Below are positions 45,353 through 56,300 of a stretch of DNA of 64,000 nt, piece after piece. The number at the start of each line of letters is the position of its first letter. The stretch's first letter is position 1. A program made the translations under genes and the position numbers. Source of the DNA: an uncultured Candidatus Saccharibacteria bacterium (GTDB taxonomy: Bacteria; Patescibacteriota; Doudnabacteria; UBA920); contig CAZDIP010000003.1 in assembly GCA_964505635.1 (NCBI GenBank), positions 15,313-79,312 on the forward strand, read 5' to 3'. Under the pieces are notes generated by a model. That model saw nothing but the letters and a program-made list of their open reading frames with translations, had not been told where the DNA came from and did no database searches.

Positions 45353-46450
45353 ATGAAAATACTTTATATTATTACCCAGGCCGAGGAAGGCGGGGCACAA
45401 CAATACGTATTAACTCTGGCCAAATATTTTAAAGGCATTATTGCCGCAGGTCAGGAAGCGGACAGACTTTTTACCCAAGCCGAAAGCCTTGGCATTAAAA
45501 CCTGCGGATTAAGGCACCTTAAGCGCGAAATTAAACCTTACCATGACTTAATGGCTGTTTGGGAAATCCGCCAATTAATTAATCAGCTTAAGCCCGATAT
45601 TGTTCATTTAAATTCAACAAAAACCGGTATACTCGGGAGTTTCGCCGCCATGGGGCTTAAAACCAAAGTAGTATATACAGCCCACGGTTTTGTATTTAAC
45701 GAGGACTTACCGTTTTGGATTAAAAATTTTTATATTGCCTTGGAAAAAATTGCTTCTGACTTCAGAGACTGTATTATTTCGGTGTCTGAGTATGACAGAA
45801 ATTCAGCAATCAAACATAAAATAATTAATCCCGAAAAGTTAAAGGTGGTTTATAATGGCTTGCCGGACTTGAAATTTTACGAGGCAAAAGAAGCAAAAAA
45901 TAAATTAAGGCTGCCTTTAGATAAAATCACCGTAGGTTGCATTGCCAATTTTTACAAAACAAAAGGCTTGGACATTCTTATAAAAGCTGTTGGACAATTG
46001 CCGTCTGATGCAAAGAGCCGATGCCAAGTAATAATTTGCGGCAGCGGCCCTGAATTAGAAAATTGCAAAAACTTGATTAAAAATTTAAACTTAGAAAATA
46101 TCGTTTCTTTGCCAGGACAAATCTCCAAAGCTTATAAATACCTAAAAGCGTTTGATATTTTTGCTTTTCCTTCCCGAAAAGAGGGCATGCCTTTTGCTCT
46201 GCTAGAAGCCATGCAGGCTGCCTCGGCGATTATTACCACCAATGCAGGCGGCATCCCGGAAACTGTAAGTAACGGCGCGATAATAGTTGAAAAAGAAAAC
46301 ATCCGCGCTTTAAGCCTGGCGCTTTTGGAACTTATAAACAACCCAGCAAAACGGGAAAATTTATCCTTTGAGGCATTAAAAAGGTCAAAAATATTTTCTG
46401 AAAAAAACATGCTAGAAAGCACCTACCAAACCTATCTACACCTCTTATAA
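45353..46450 (+). CDS. glycosyltransferase family 4
   Basis: MKILYIITQAEEGGAQQYV N-terminus and the E-x7-E motif (EGMPFALLEAMQAASAII). Confidence 0.7.
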   Translation: MKILYIITQAEEGGAQQYVLTLAKYFKGIIAAGQEADRLFTQAESLGIKTCGLRHLKREIKPYHDLMAVWEIRQLINQLKPDIVHLNSTKTGILGSFAAMGLKTKVVYTAHGFVFNEDLPFWIKNFYIALEKIASDFRDCIISVSEYDRNSAIKHKIINPEKLKVVYNGLPDLKFYEAKEAKNKLRLPLDKITVGCIANFYKTKGLDILIKAVGQLPSDAKSRCQVIICGSGPELENCKNLIKNLNLENIVSLPGQISKAYKYLKAFDIFAFPSRKEGMPFALLEAMQAASAIITTNAGGIPETVSNGAIIVEKENIRALSLALLELINNPAKRENLSFEALKRSKIFSEKNMLESTYQTYLHLL

Positions 46451-46457
46451 AAATAAT

Positions 46458-48734
46458 TTATTTTTGATTTAACAAAATTTTAAGCTCAGCTTCCAAAGAC
46501 GGATTTTGTTTAATTAAAACATTTGCCATAGCTTCTGCTTGCAGTTTTTTTCCGGTTATAACGTAAAGCTGAATTAAATTTTTATAAGCTCCGGTATCCA
46601 ATAAATTAAGCTTAGCGGCACGCTCGTAAACCGCTATTGCGGCAATATAATCTTTATTACTTACATAATAATCCGCAAGCCAACCTAATAAACCAATAGA
46701 TTTTGGGTTATGGTCTTCGCTTAATAACTTATTGACTCTAGCTATGGCGGAATTGGTTTGACCATAAGCATTTTCAGCCACAGCCAAAGTCCACTGGGCG
46801 TCAAAATTGGTTGGGTCTGTATCAACAATATCTTTTAAAATTACCATAGCCTCTCCCGGCCTGTTTTGCCAAAGCCTGACTTCAGCTAAAAAGCTTTTTG
46901 CCTCAACTCTTTTTGGAGACAGTTCAATGGCTTTTTGCAAAGCCGATTCGACCTTGGGGCTTAATGAACCAGATTCAAAAACTTTGCTGTCCAATAAATA
47001 AACCTGTGCTAATTTTTGCCAAAAAATTGGATTATTCCCAGCTCGGCTTTCAGTTACCCTTTCTAAAGCTTTTGTCGCTTTTTCGACTACCCCACCGGCA
47101 AAGCCTGGTTTTAGTCCCGGTGTGTTTTGCCGGCCAACGGTCATAGCAAAATCAGAATACTTCATGACCGTCTCAGGAAAATCAAAGTTAGCCGAATTTT
47201 CTAAAGCCTTATTGAAATATTCACTTGCCTTAACGGGATCCACCGAAATATAAGCGTAGCCGTAATTGGTATTTTTTGAAGCGGCAGCGCCTTGTATATT
47301 ACCCACCACTACGGCATACACTGTCAGCAAGCTGCTGGCAATAAAAACAGGCATGCCGTAAACCGGCTTAAAAGACTTTTGATTCTTTTTATTTACCGGC
47401 GCTGAAAATGCAAAATCATAAACATGAGCGGAAAAAGCCAAAAGAATATAAAAAGTAAGGCTGGCGGCGATATTATCAAAAACAAATAAATTTTGAATCT
47501 GATAAACAATCAGGGCTGCAAATAAAATACAAAATTCAAACAAATTAAGATTACCGGATTTAAAAACTTGATAAATTGACCGGATAGAAAACCAAGCCAT
47601 AGCCAGGTAAGCGCCAAAGCCAAAAATTCCGGTTGTAACTAAAATTTCTAACAAATAATTATGCGGCTTGTCAAACCAGCTGCGGTCATACTGGTAAATT
47701 TCCGGGTTATGGTATTTGCTGGAAACAACCTGGTAATTTTCCGGGCCTGTTCCAAAAACCGGTCTGTCTGTGTAGCCTTTTATGGCTATTTCCCACTGAA
47801 TCAAGCGAGCGGCGCTATTGCCGTCCTTTAACCTAATAACCCGGGCAAGATTTATATTATGAGGCAGCGAACTGCCGAAAATAAATAATAAAAACCCTAA
47901 GCTCAAAAAGGCAGACAAACCCAATGAGGCAATTAATTTTTGTTTATGCCTGTGTTCAAAAATCAAATAAACAACGCCGGTTAAAAATAATCCTAAGGCC
48001 AACCCTACTACAGCGCCTCTGGTGCCGCTAAAGTATATGCCGAGTAATTGTAGGAAAGCCGCTATTAGCCACCATGCCTGTCCAAATCTTTTTCTTGATT
48101 TAACCGCGAGCAAAACGGCTAAAAACATAGGTATAATTAAAAAGCTTCCCACATAAATCGGGTTGCCAAAAGTAATGGAGGACCTGGTCGGCAAAGAAGG
48201 ATCAGGTACGACTAAAAAGTCCAAGCCTAAATTCCTCAAACCAGCAATAAATGCTTCCAACCAACCGTTGGCTGATAAATACCGCATCAGCATCCCGTAT
48301 AAAACCAAAATTACGCTTAAATTTACTAAAGACTTTAAAAATTTTGCTAAAAAATTCCCGGAAATTCTGCCAAGCATTAATAAATAAAAATAAAATAAGG
48401 TTAAATGCGCTAAATAAAATACGCCTCCCATGCGCTCAAAATTACCCCAAAGGCTTTTTATATAGTCCACCCCAAAAACTGCCGAGATTAAATTTACCAA
48501 TAAAAAAATTATAATACTGGCATTTAAAGGTTGCTTAAAATTAGGCCTTAATTCTTTTCTTATATAAAATAAGTAGGCGTAAAAAGGCAGTGCCAACTCG
48601 ACCATAACCCTAAAATAAAACGCCTTGGTGGTTACAAATGGAAAAAGCAAGTCTTTACTGACTAAAAAGGGTGTTAACAAACTCATTAACACCAATATTT
48701 TTAGCACCCAGGCACTAAATTTTTCAAACCTCAT
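46458..48734 (-). CDS. O-antigen ligase-like (Wzy_C) membrane protein fused to C-terminal TPR repeats
   Basis: Multi-TM N-terminal half with the GTRGAVVGLALGLFL Wzy_C signature. The C-terminal about 250 aa contain TPR-like repeats. Confidence 0.6.
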   Translation of the reverse strand: MRFEKFSAWVLKILVLMSLLTPFLVSKDLLFPFVTTKAFYFRVMVELALPFYAYLFYIRKELRPNFKQPLNASIIIFLLVNLISAVFGVDYIKSLWGNFERMGGVFYLAHLTLFYFYLLMLGRISGNFLAKFLKSLVNLSVILVLYGMLMRYLSANGWLEAFIAGLRNLGLDFLVVPDPSLPTRSSITFGNPIYVGSFLIIPMFLAVLLAVKSRKRFGQAWWLIAAFLQLLGIYFSGTRGAVVGLALGLFLTGVVYLIFEHRHKQKLIASLGLSAFLSLGFLLFIFGSSLPHNINLARVIRLKDGNSAARLIQWEIAIKGYTDRPVFGTGPENYQVVSSKYHNPEIYQYDRSWFDKPHNYLLEILVTTGIFGFGAYLAMAWFSIRSIYQVFKSGNLNLFEFCILFAALIVYQIQNLFVFDNIAASLTFYILLAFSAHVYDFAFSAPVNKKNQKSFKPVYGMPVFIASSLLTVYAVVVGNIQGAAASKNTNYGYAYISVDPVKASEYFNKALENSANFDFPETVMKYSDFAMTVGRQNTPGLKPGFAGGVVEKATKALERVTESRAGNNPIFWQKLAQVYLLDSKVFESGSLSPKVESALQKAIELSPKRVEAKSFLAEVRLWQNRPGEAMVILKDIVDTDPTNFDAQWTLAVAENAYGQTNSAIARVNKLLSEDHNPKSIGLLGWLADYYVSNKDYIAAIAVYERAAKLNLLDTGAYKNLIQLYVITGKKLQAEAMANVLIKQNPSLEAELKILLNQK

Positions 48735-48841
48735 AATTTTTATTTTGGCTTTAATCTTCTTTACTTATGGATTATAGCCTAACAAAAAAGTTATAACAAG
48801 CAAAACAGCCCCGCTTTGCGGGGCTGTTTGAATAACTTAAA

Positions 48842-50365
48842 TTACTGCTTTATGTAAGTTACGATTTCTTGTCCTTCGTTGACTCCTTCCAAAACTTCTA
48901 CCAAACCACCATCTGCTTCCATTCCAGTAGTCACCAAAATTTCATCGTAAGTTTTTTTCTTTGAATCTTTAATTATTCTTAAATATTTAGCATTTCCTTT
49001 TACAATCACTGCCCTTAAAGGAACAGTTAGCACAGCCTGTTTACTACCCGTTAAAATACTAATATTCGCAGTCATACCTGGCTTAATTTCACTTAATTTA
49101 TCGAGTGAAATAGTTACTTTATAATTCACAACCCCGGAAACTAGCGTAGAAGCAGGATCAACGGCCTGAACCTTGCCTACAAATTTCCTATCCACGCCAA
49201 GGGCATCAAAAGTCAATTCTACTTCCTGATCTGGCTTAATGTATGCAATATTAGCTTCGCTAATATTAGCTTCAACATGAAGATTGCCTATATCTTGCAA
49301 AACAACCAAAGCTGCCAGCGCGGTGGCTAATTGACCGGGTTTGGCGTCAACTTTGGTAATGGTGCCTTCTGCTGGCGCTCGCATTATGGTATTTTCCAAA
49401 TCAGCGGAGGCAGCCAAAACCTGGCCTTCTGCAGTTAAAATTTGAGCCTTAGCAGATTCAAGCTCAGCCGGCCTTGCTTTGGCTAACTTTAATTCTAAAT
49501 TAGCCTGGGCTGACAAAACATTGTTTTCAGCCGAGGTTATCTGTGCTTTTTGGGTCTGCAATGCCGACTCGTAAGCATTTAAATTTGTCACATAACCAGA
49601 GGCTTTAGTGTTGGGAATTTTAACAGTCCAGCTATCGTTACTGGCTGTAATAGTAGACGGAAACTGAACATATAAACCTCTGGTGCCCAAAGGCAATGGA
49701 ACAGACACGCTTGTATTAATTGTCTGATTTCCCCGATTCTCCAAACCCAAAACATAAAAACTCAAGCCTTCCTGCATTATCGTATATGTTCCTTGCTCAG
49801 TTCCGGTATAAGTTCCCGATATGGTCAGCGTGATATTATTTAAGTTGGAAGAATTAGGAATTGCTTCCAAACTGGAATTGAGCAAAGCTTTATAAGCATT
49901 ATCAACCAAAACCTGTTGTTGCCTCCTTACGTCTTCCAGGGTTTTTTGCGCATTTTCCAAAGTAACCCTGGCCACCGCCACCTCTTCGTTAGAAGAACCG
50001 TCTAACACCTTCTGGTAATTAGCCTCAGCCTGTTTTAGCGCCCCTTTAGCTTGAGTTAACCTTGCCACCTGGTCTTTTTGATCCAAAAAAGCCAAAACCG
50101 CTCCTGCCTTTACTTTATCGCCAACCTGAGCGTTAACCCGGCTGATAATTCCGCTGGTTTTAAATGCCAGAGCCAAGTCAGTCTGGCTGGTAACCTGGCC
50201 GGTCGCTAAAACTGTTTGTTTTATGTCCTGTTTCTTTACCGATTCAGACTGAATGTCGGCTATATTGCTGCCTTTGCCTTTAAAAACAAAGAACAAAATT
50301 AAAGCAAGTATTGCTATTCCAGCAATAACTTTTTTCTTTTTAAAAAAACTAAATATTTTTTGCAT
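48842..50365 (-). CDS. HlyD-family membrane fusion / efflux periplasmic adaptor protein
   Basis: N-terminal TM helix, biotinyl-lipoyl-like and coiled-coil segments (ARLTQAKGALKQAEANYQKV), and a beta-barrel C-terminus. Confidence 0.6.
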   Translation of the reverse strand: MQKIFSFFKKKKVIAGIAILALILFFVFKGKGSNIADIQSESVKKQDIKQTVLATGQVTSQTDLALAFKTSGIISRVNAQVGDKVKAGAVLAFLDQKDQVARLTQAKGALKQAEANYQKVLDGSSNEEVAVARVTLENAQKTLEDVRRQQQVLVDNAYKALLNSSLEAIPNSSNLNNITLTISGTYTGTEQGTYTIMQEGLSFYVLGLENRGNQTINTSVSVPLPLGTRGLYVQFPSTITASNDSWTVKIPNTKASGYVTNLNAYESALQTQKAQITSAENNVLSAQANLELKLAKARPAELESAKAQILTAEGQVLAASADLENTIMRAPAEGTITKVDAKPGQLATALAALVVLQDIGNLHVEANISEANIAYIKPDQEVELTFDALGVDRKFVGKVQAVDPASTLVSGVVNYKVTISLDKLSEIKPGMTANISILTGSKQAVLTVPLRAVIVKGNAKYLRIIKDSKKKTYDEILVTTGMEADGGLVEVLEGVNEGQEIVTYIKQ

Positions 50366-50406
50366 AGATTATATTATAGCCCATTTTTCAATAAATTTCA
50401 AGTCCT

Positions 50407-52644
50407 TTATTTTTTAAGCCACTTGGCCAGATCTTCCCTCAAAGTCGGATCAACCGCGATAATTTCTTCAGCTAATTGCCTTGCCTCTAGTAACTGCCCA
50501 TTAAGACCATAAGCTCTTACCAAACCAAGATAAGTATTTTTATTATTTGGCTGGGCGGTAATGGCTTCTTCATAAAGCTTTATCGCTTCGCCAAAATTAT
50601 TTCTTTGAGTGTGGTAATCAATTAACAGCTGAAATTCGTTTAAGGTTTCCAGTTTATAGCCTAAATCCAAGGCCTTAGAAGCATATGTATAAGCTTCTTC
50701 AAGCCTGTTTAGCCTGTAATTTACCCAAGCCACCTGCCAAGCGCTCTGAGAGTAATTAGGATAAATTTTATTATACTCTTCTGCTAAAACCAAAGCCTGC
50801 TCAAGTTCGTTTATTGCCACCTTAAACTGGATGTTTAAGTAATAAATTTCCGGCCTGTTTGGAGCTAAAAATCCCGCTCTTTCCAAATCTGACAAAGCAG
50901 CCAAGTCTAACTTTTGCCCCAAAGTGACGGATTGAAAATATCGCAAAGCCGCTAAATAATACCAATTAACCGGATTGGTGGGGTTTTGCTCGGCAGTCTT
51001 TTTGCCAAAATCAATTGCCGCGGTTTGGATATCTTTAACTAATTGCAAAGACTGGGGCTCTTGGGTTTGAGAAATACTTAATGCCATAGAACTGAACTTT
51101 AAAAATAATTCGGAATTGTCATAATTTAAATCCATGGCGATGGCCTTTTTAAAAAAATCAAACGAAAGCTTAAAGTCAGAACCGGTTTTGCTTGTATAGG
51201 CGGTTAGTCCAAAATTAATATTTTTAGCCAAAACCATTGGTAAAATATTGGTCAGATAAATTAAGTAAAAAACAGCGGCCAAGCCGGAATAAAACACTAC
51301 GCCCGGCTTGACTGAAACAAGCTTTGCTTTATTCGGCTGCTTTTCAACATTCTCGCGGCTTTCTAAAAAATACGCGGTGAAAGCTAAGAAAACAAAACTG
51401 CTTATGCTGGCTGAAACCGTGTCAAACACAAAAAAGTTTTGAACCTGATACGCGGCCCAGGCAAAAACAAACACCGCTGCGCCGCCTAAGGATAGAAAGT
51501 TTTTTTTGTAAGCCGCTATCAACGCCCAAAAAGCCGTCCCAATAAAAAATAAAAACGCCAAAAGCCCCAAAACACCCCCTGTAACCAGGATTTCCAAAAA
51601 ATAATTATGCGGCTTGTCAAACCAGCTTTTATCAAACGAATGTTGCTGTGGGTTATAGTACTTGTTGGCAACAAAGTAATAATTTTCCGAACCAATCCCT
51701 AAAAACGGCCGGTCTAAAAAACCCTGTAACGCCGCCTGCCACTGCACAAGCCTGGCTTTGGCATTACTGTCGGAAAAATTAAACAATCTGCCTGACCCAA
51801 AACCGCCTGAAGAAAAATTTTGAACCGCTAATCCCCCGGCCGTCACCGCCACAATTACCACCAAACCCAGAGCGCCAATTCTTTTTTTTATATCCCAATT
51901 TGCATTGAACAAATAAAGTATCAATCCTAAAAACAGGCCGGCCAAAAGCCCTAAAAAGGCTCCCCGCGTGCCGGTTAAAAATATTACAGTCAGTATTAAA
52001 AAGGAGGCTGTATAATACCAATATCTGCTTCTTAAAATTTTAGAGGTAATAGCAAAATATAAAGCAAACCCTAAAGGCAATACAAGATAGCTGGCCAAAA
52101 AAATGGGATTACCCAAAGTAGATGAAACCCGGCTTGGCAAAGACATGTCGGGCGACAGTGTTACCCAGCCAAGCTTGCCAAAAATACCGTTGATACTAAC
52201 CCCCACGGCAACCCAAACTAAAAACTTTAAAAACCTTGTAAAGTAAAAAGGGTCTTTTTTGCTAATTAAAAGTAAATAAAAATATAAAAGCAATAAATGG
52301 GCTAAATAATATATACCGCCCATTCTTTCCAAATTACCCCAAAAACTTCTGTGTGCGTTTACTCCAACTAACATAGAAACCAAGCTCAAACAAAAAAAGG
52401 CCAGCAAGGAAGCGGTTAAAGGGTTGGTTATTTTTGGACGAAATTGCTTTTCTGTAAATAAAAAAAATATATAAAAAGGCAGCGCCAGCTCTATGGCAAT
52501 CCTGAATAAAAAAGCCTTGCTGGTTACAAACGGAAACAGTAAATCTTTAAAATTAACCAAAGGAACCAACAAAGACAGGCAAACCAAAAAAAAGAAAATT
52601 TTAAATAGCCAAGAATTATTTTTGTCAAAAAAAGTTGCCGTCAT
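50407..52644 (-). CDS. O-antigen ligase-like (Wzy_C) membrane protein fused to C-terminal TPR repeats (paralog of 46458..48734)
   Basis: LTGTRGAFLGLLAGLFLGL Wzy_C signature plus a C-terminal TPR region. The architecture is colinear with the 758-aa paralog. Confidence 0.6.
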   Translation of the reverse strand: MTATFFDKNNSWLFKIFFFLVCLSLLVPLVNFKDLLFPFVTSKAFLFRIAIELALPFYIFFLFTEKQFRPKITNPLTASLLAFFCLSLVSMLVGVNAHRSFWGNLERMGGIYYLAHLLLLYFYLLLISKKDPFYFTRFLKFLVWVAVGVSINGIFGKLGWVTLSPDMSLPSRVSSTLGNPIFLASYLVLPLGFALYFAITSKILRSRYWYYTASFLILTVIFLTGTRGAFLGLLAGLFLGLILYLFNANWDIKKRIGALGLVVIVAVTAGGLAVQNFSSGGFGSGRLFNFSDSNAKARLVQWQAALQGFLDRPFLGIGSENYYFVANKYYNPQQHSFDKSWFDKPHNYFLEILVTGGVLGLLAFLFFIGTAFWALIAAYKKNFLSLGGAAVFVFAWAAYQVQNFFVFDTVSASISSFVFLAFTAYFLESRENVEKQPNKAKLVSVKPGVVFYSGLAAVFYLIYLTNILPMVLAKNINFGLTAYTSKTGSDFKLSFDFFKKAIAMDLNYDNSELFLKFSSMALSISQTQEPQSLQLVKDIQTAAIDFGKKTAEQNPTNPVNWYYLAALRYFQSVTLGQKLDLAALSDLERAGFLAPNRPEIYYLNIQFKVAINELEQALVLAEEYNKIYPNYSQSAWQVAWVNYRLNRLEEAYTYASKALDLGYKLETLNEFQLLIDYHTQRNNFGEAIKLYEEAITAQPNNKNTYLGLVRAYGLNGQLLEARQLAEEIIAVDPTLREDLAKWLKK

Positions 52645-53219
52645 TACAGCTTGCCCTCCCGATTAATCCTCTCCAAAGCTTCCTTTAGTCCCCCGCTCTC
52701 AGTTTTTAAAATTCCCTGGCTTAAAATATATTTTGCGTCTTCTATGTTTCCGGCAAAGCCTTGGGAATACATTTCCGCTAAAGACAAATAAGCGGAGACA
52801 TCCGTTGGGTCTACTTCCAAAAGCTTTAAAAATGAGCCTTCTGCCTGGTCATATTTTTTCTGCGATAAATACAGATGTCCTAAATTATTCCAAATCACGG
52901 TATTTATGGGGCTGATTTCTCCGGCTTTTTTGTAAGCTTCTTCGGCCTTTATATAGTCCCCCAAAGCCTGGTAAGCCACTGCCAAGTTTTTGTAGGCTTC
53001 AAAATTATTTTTGTCATTCTTAACAATTTCCAAATCCCTTTTTATCCCGTTTTCCAACTTTTCTAAAAGACCTGGGTTATTCTGCTTTAAGTCCTCTGTC
53101 CGCTGACTTTTAGTCTGGTTGTTTAGCTGCTGGATTTTATATTCCGGAATGTATAAAAATACTCCTAAAAACAATACCAATAAAACAACAGTAATTATAC
53201 TATAAATTTTTTTATTCAT
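52644..53219 (-). CDS. TPR-repeat protein with N-terminal membrane anchor
   Basis: A single TM helix followed by AYKNLAVAYQALGDY-type TPR repeats. Confidence 0.55.
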   Translation of the reverse strand: MNKKIYSIITVVLLVLFLGVFLYIPEYKIQQLNNQTKSQRTEDLKQNNPGLLEKLENGIKRDLEIVKNDKNNFEAYKNLAVAYQALGDYIKAEEAYKKAGEISPINTVIWNNLGHLYLSQKKYDQAEGSFLKLLEVDPTDVSAYLSLAEMYSQGFAGNIEDAKYILSQGILKTESGGLKEALERINREGKL

Positions 53220-53253
53220 ATTGTAATTTTACAAAAACCGGGGGTTAAAAGCA

Positions 53254-53287
53254 AACCCCTTCCCTTTGAAAACAAAGGGAAGGGGTT
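53254..53287 (-). terminator. strong hairpin downstream of the large surface protein gene
   Basis: AACCCCTTCCCTTT-GAAAAC-AAAGGGAAGGGGTT (14-bp stem). Confidence 0.5.
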
Positions 53288-53342
53288 GCTTGTTTGATTT
53301 TTGCTAAACGCTCAAAACTAAGCGCTGAAGCACTCTTAAAGA

Positions 53343-56300
53343 CTAATTCAAGGAAAGACCCTGAGAGTCAGTAGGAATAGTTCTTACATAGCGGCCATTG
53401 GTCCAGTCATCCGAGCTGCTTGACCCAGCGGTGTCGCTGTGAGAAGTAGCGGACATATCGGACCAAATGAAGTTATAAGCTGCGGTGGCGGCTTCCATGT
53501 CGTTACCAACGTTGTTGGTATCGTCCTGGTCACGCAATTGCTGCGCGGCAGCCAAAGTGCTTAAGTCACCGGTAACCGCGGCGGTGTCAGTCGTGGCAAT
53601 AGAAGTCGTGACCGAATCGCCGGTATCAGCGCCAGCGACCGTGGCTTTGAAGTCATAGGTCTTGGAGCTGCCGGAAGTAATAAGTTCTTCCGAGTTAAAG
53701 GTGATATCAACAGTAACCGAGCCTGCAGCATAAGTAGCTGAGCTGGTTACGGTTAAGTTGCTTCCGCCCTGCGGGGCAATGGCAAAGGAAGACAAAGACA
53801 CGCCGGTAGTGGAAGAGCTGGTGAAGGTAATATGCTTAAGAGCAATATCATTATCAACAGCAGTCACTTTAAAGCGGTACAAAGTCTGGGTGCCGTTACC
53901 CAAAGAGCTGGTCATAGCCACGGTTTCTACTTTCGGCTGGCTCTTTCTTAAGACAACATAGCTGCCTACATAAGAACCGCTGGAAGGAGCAGTCAAAGTG
54001 GTAGAACCGGAAGTGCCGCGAACCTCAAAGTTGTTGCTGCCGTCAAGCCAGACAGCGAATTCATCGCCGCTGTCAGCACCATTGGAAATAGTGTTAAGGT
54101 CAGCTTTAACAGTTAAGTTCTTGCTGGCATCCTTGCCGATTATAAAGTCGGCGGTCATGCCGGTAAAGTCAGCATAGCCTTCAATGGTGCCGGACGGAGT
54201 CAAAGACACCGGACCTGCGACCAAGGTGCTGCCGTCATACAAGTAGAGGGCAGTAATGTCGTCGGCTATATTGGCTGCCGAAGCGGCTGTGGAGCTGGCT
54301 GTGGCAACCGCAATGCGGGCTTTGGTCAGCTTAAGCTCTTCGTTAACCGCGGTAAAGCGGATTTTGCCCAAAGTTACACCGGTTTTACCAGCAGTAACAA
54401 TGCGGGCGTCAGTAACATCCTGTTCGTTGTTACCAGCTGTGGCGACCGTAATGGTGCCGGCGCCGGTAATGGTAATGGCGGTACCAACCGTAGTGGTGGT
54501 GCTGCCGTTAACCGGATAGCTGGTGCTATCGGTTACGCTGTTACCGTCAGGATCAACCGCAGTAATGCTGGAAGAAGCAATTTTCCATTTGATAACATTG
54601 CTGGAGTTGGCGGAGTTTGAAATGGTCATTTTAACCACCAAAGTCTTGCTGCTACCTTTCGGAACTACCCAGTTAAGACCGTTGAAGGTCATAGTACCGG
54701 CAGTGGAAGGAGATTTAGTCTGGCCGATTTTGGTCGCGCCGTCGTAAAGCTCAACAGTTACCACGTTGTCAGACACATAAATTGTGCTGGCAGAGGCGTT
54801 GGTAGTGCTGCCATCAGCCATGGTGGCTGCGGCCGCGGAAGCTATCATACCGGTTAAGGTAAGGTCGGTGACTTTTACGTCAGCCGCGGTAGAAGCGGTA
54901 AAGACATAGCCAGCTGCTTCAACCATGGTGCTGCCTTTGACAAAGGACTTGGAAGTCGGAGTAGCGGCCAAAGCAACAGTCAAAGAAGGAACCCTAACTG
55001 TCATTTGGTTACCTGAAATGTCAGAGGTAGGCACTATGTCAGTGGAGGTTAAGAAGGTGTTGTTGTCAGTGTTCTTAACGTCGTTGGAAGTTAAGCTGTC
55101 AACATCCAAAGTGGCGCCAATTACGTCGCCGGAAGTAACATCGGAATTGTTGGCAACATCCAAAGTAACCTTATAGGTTTTGGAAGTACCGGCGGCCAAA
55201 AAGACGTCTTCCGTAAAGGTAAGAGTCTGAGAGGTGGCGCTGCCTGTGCCGGACAAATCCTGAGGCCCGAAAACTACGGCGCCGGTTGTGGCGTCTACGA
55301 CTTTTACGTCGGTGTAGTTAGGGGTGGTATTGTCGTTAAAATCAGCAGTACCGCTGCCGCCGTTGTTGAACACAAAGGCCAACTGGCGGATTTCCAAGTT
55401 GTTCTGGGCAGCCATGGTGAAGTTGAAAACTTCAACATCTTTGCCGTTCTTGGCAATATCCTTGGCAGACGGACCGTTAAAGGTAATGGTCAACTGACCA
55501 CCTTCAACGTAGCTGTAAGAACAGTCGCCGGAAGAAGAAGTACAGCTGTCGCCGTCATAATCCGTAGAGGTAACAGCAGTGCCAAAACCATAGGTCTGGC
55601 CTACCGCGAACAAGTCGGTAGATTCTTCTAAGTAGAATTTGACGGTTTCGGAAGAACCCGTGCGGGAACCGCCGGAAACGTTGGCGTAGACTTCAAAAGT
55701 CTTGGTATCGCCCTTGGCTAAGGCAAAGTTAACTTCAAAGTTAGCTTTGTCTTCGCTGTCTAAGGCAGCTACGGTGGCTAAGGTGTTGCCGGCCTGCTTT
55801 AAGACCAAATTGGTCAAGTTAGAGCTGGCAACAGCGCCGCCCTGGTAAAGAGAAATTCTCTTAACCACGACGTCTTCGGAAGAGCTGGCGGCCAAGGTAA
55901 AGGAACCTACTCTGACATTCTGCTCACCAACTTTAGGGTTGGTAATGCTGCCGGTTTTGGCAATAGTGACAGTACCGGATGAAACACCGGCGAGAGTCAT
56001 GCTGTTGCCGCTGGCAGTGCCGCTGGCCTGGGTTGAACCAAGCATAACGGAAGTCACCATTAACTGGTGAACATTGCCCGCTGTGGCGGAAGAATAAATA
56101 TCAGCCAATACGTCCATGGTAATGGATCCGCCGGCCGGAACATTCACGTTAAGGCCGGAGAACACCGCTTCGTTGGTGGAAGAGTTAACACTGCGTCCAG
56201 AGGTTAATCTGGAAGCGCCCTGGTAAAGGTAAACGTTGGTCAGGTCCGAAGTGGAACCCGCGCCGGTGCGTTTAACTGTAACCTGGTTAACTGTGGCAGC

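Noticed and set aside
53758-55176. Several 60-90-aa plus-strand ORFs inside the 1264-aa surface protein gene
   Set aside because: They are antisense to a continuous 3.8-kb ORF with a signal peptide. They are artefacts of the biased Thr/Ser/Gly/Val codon repeats.
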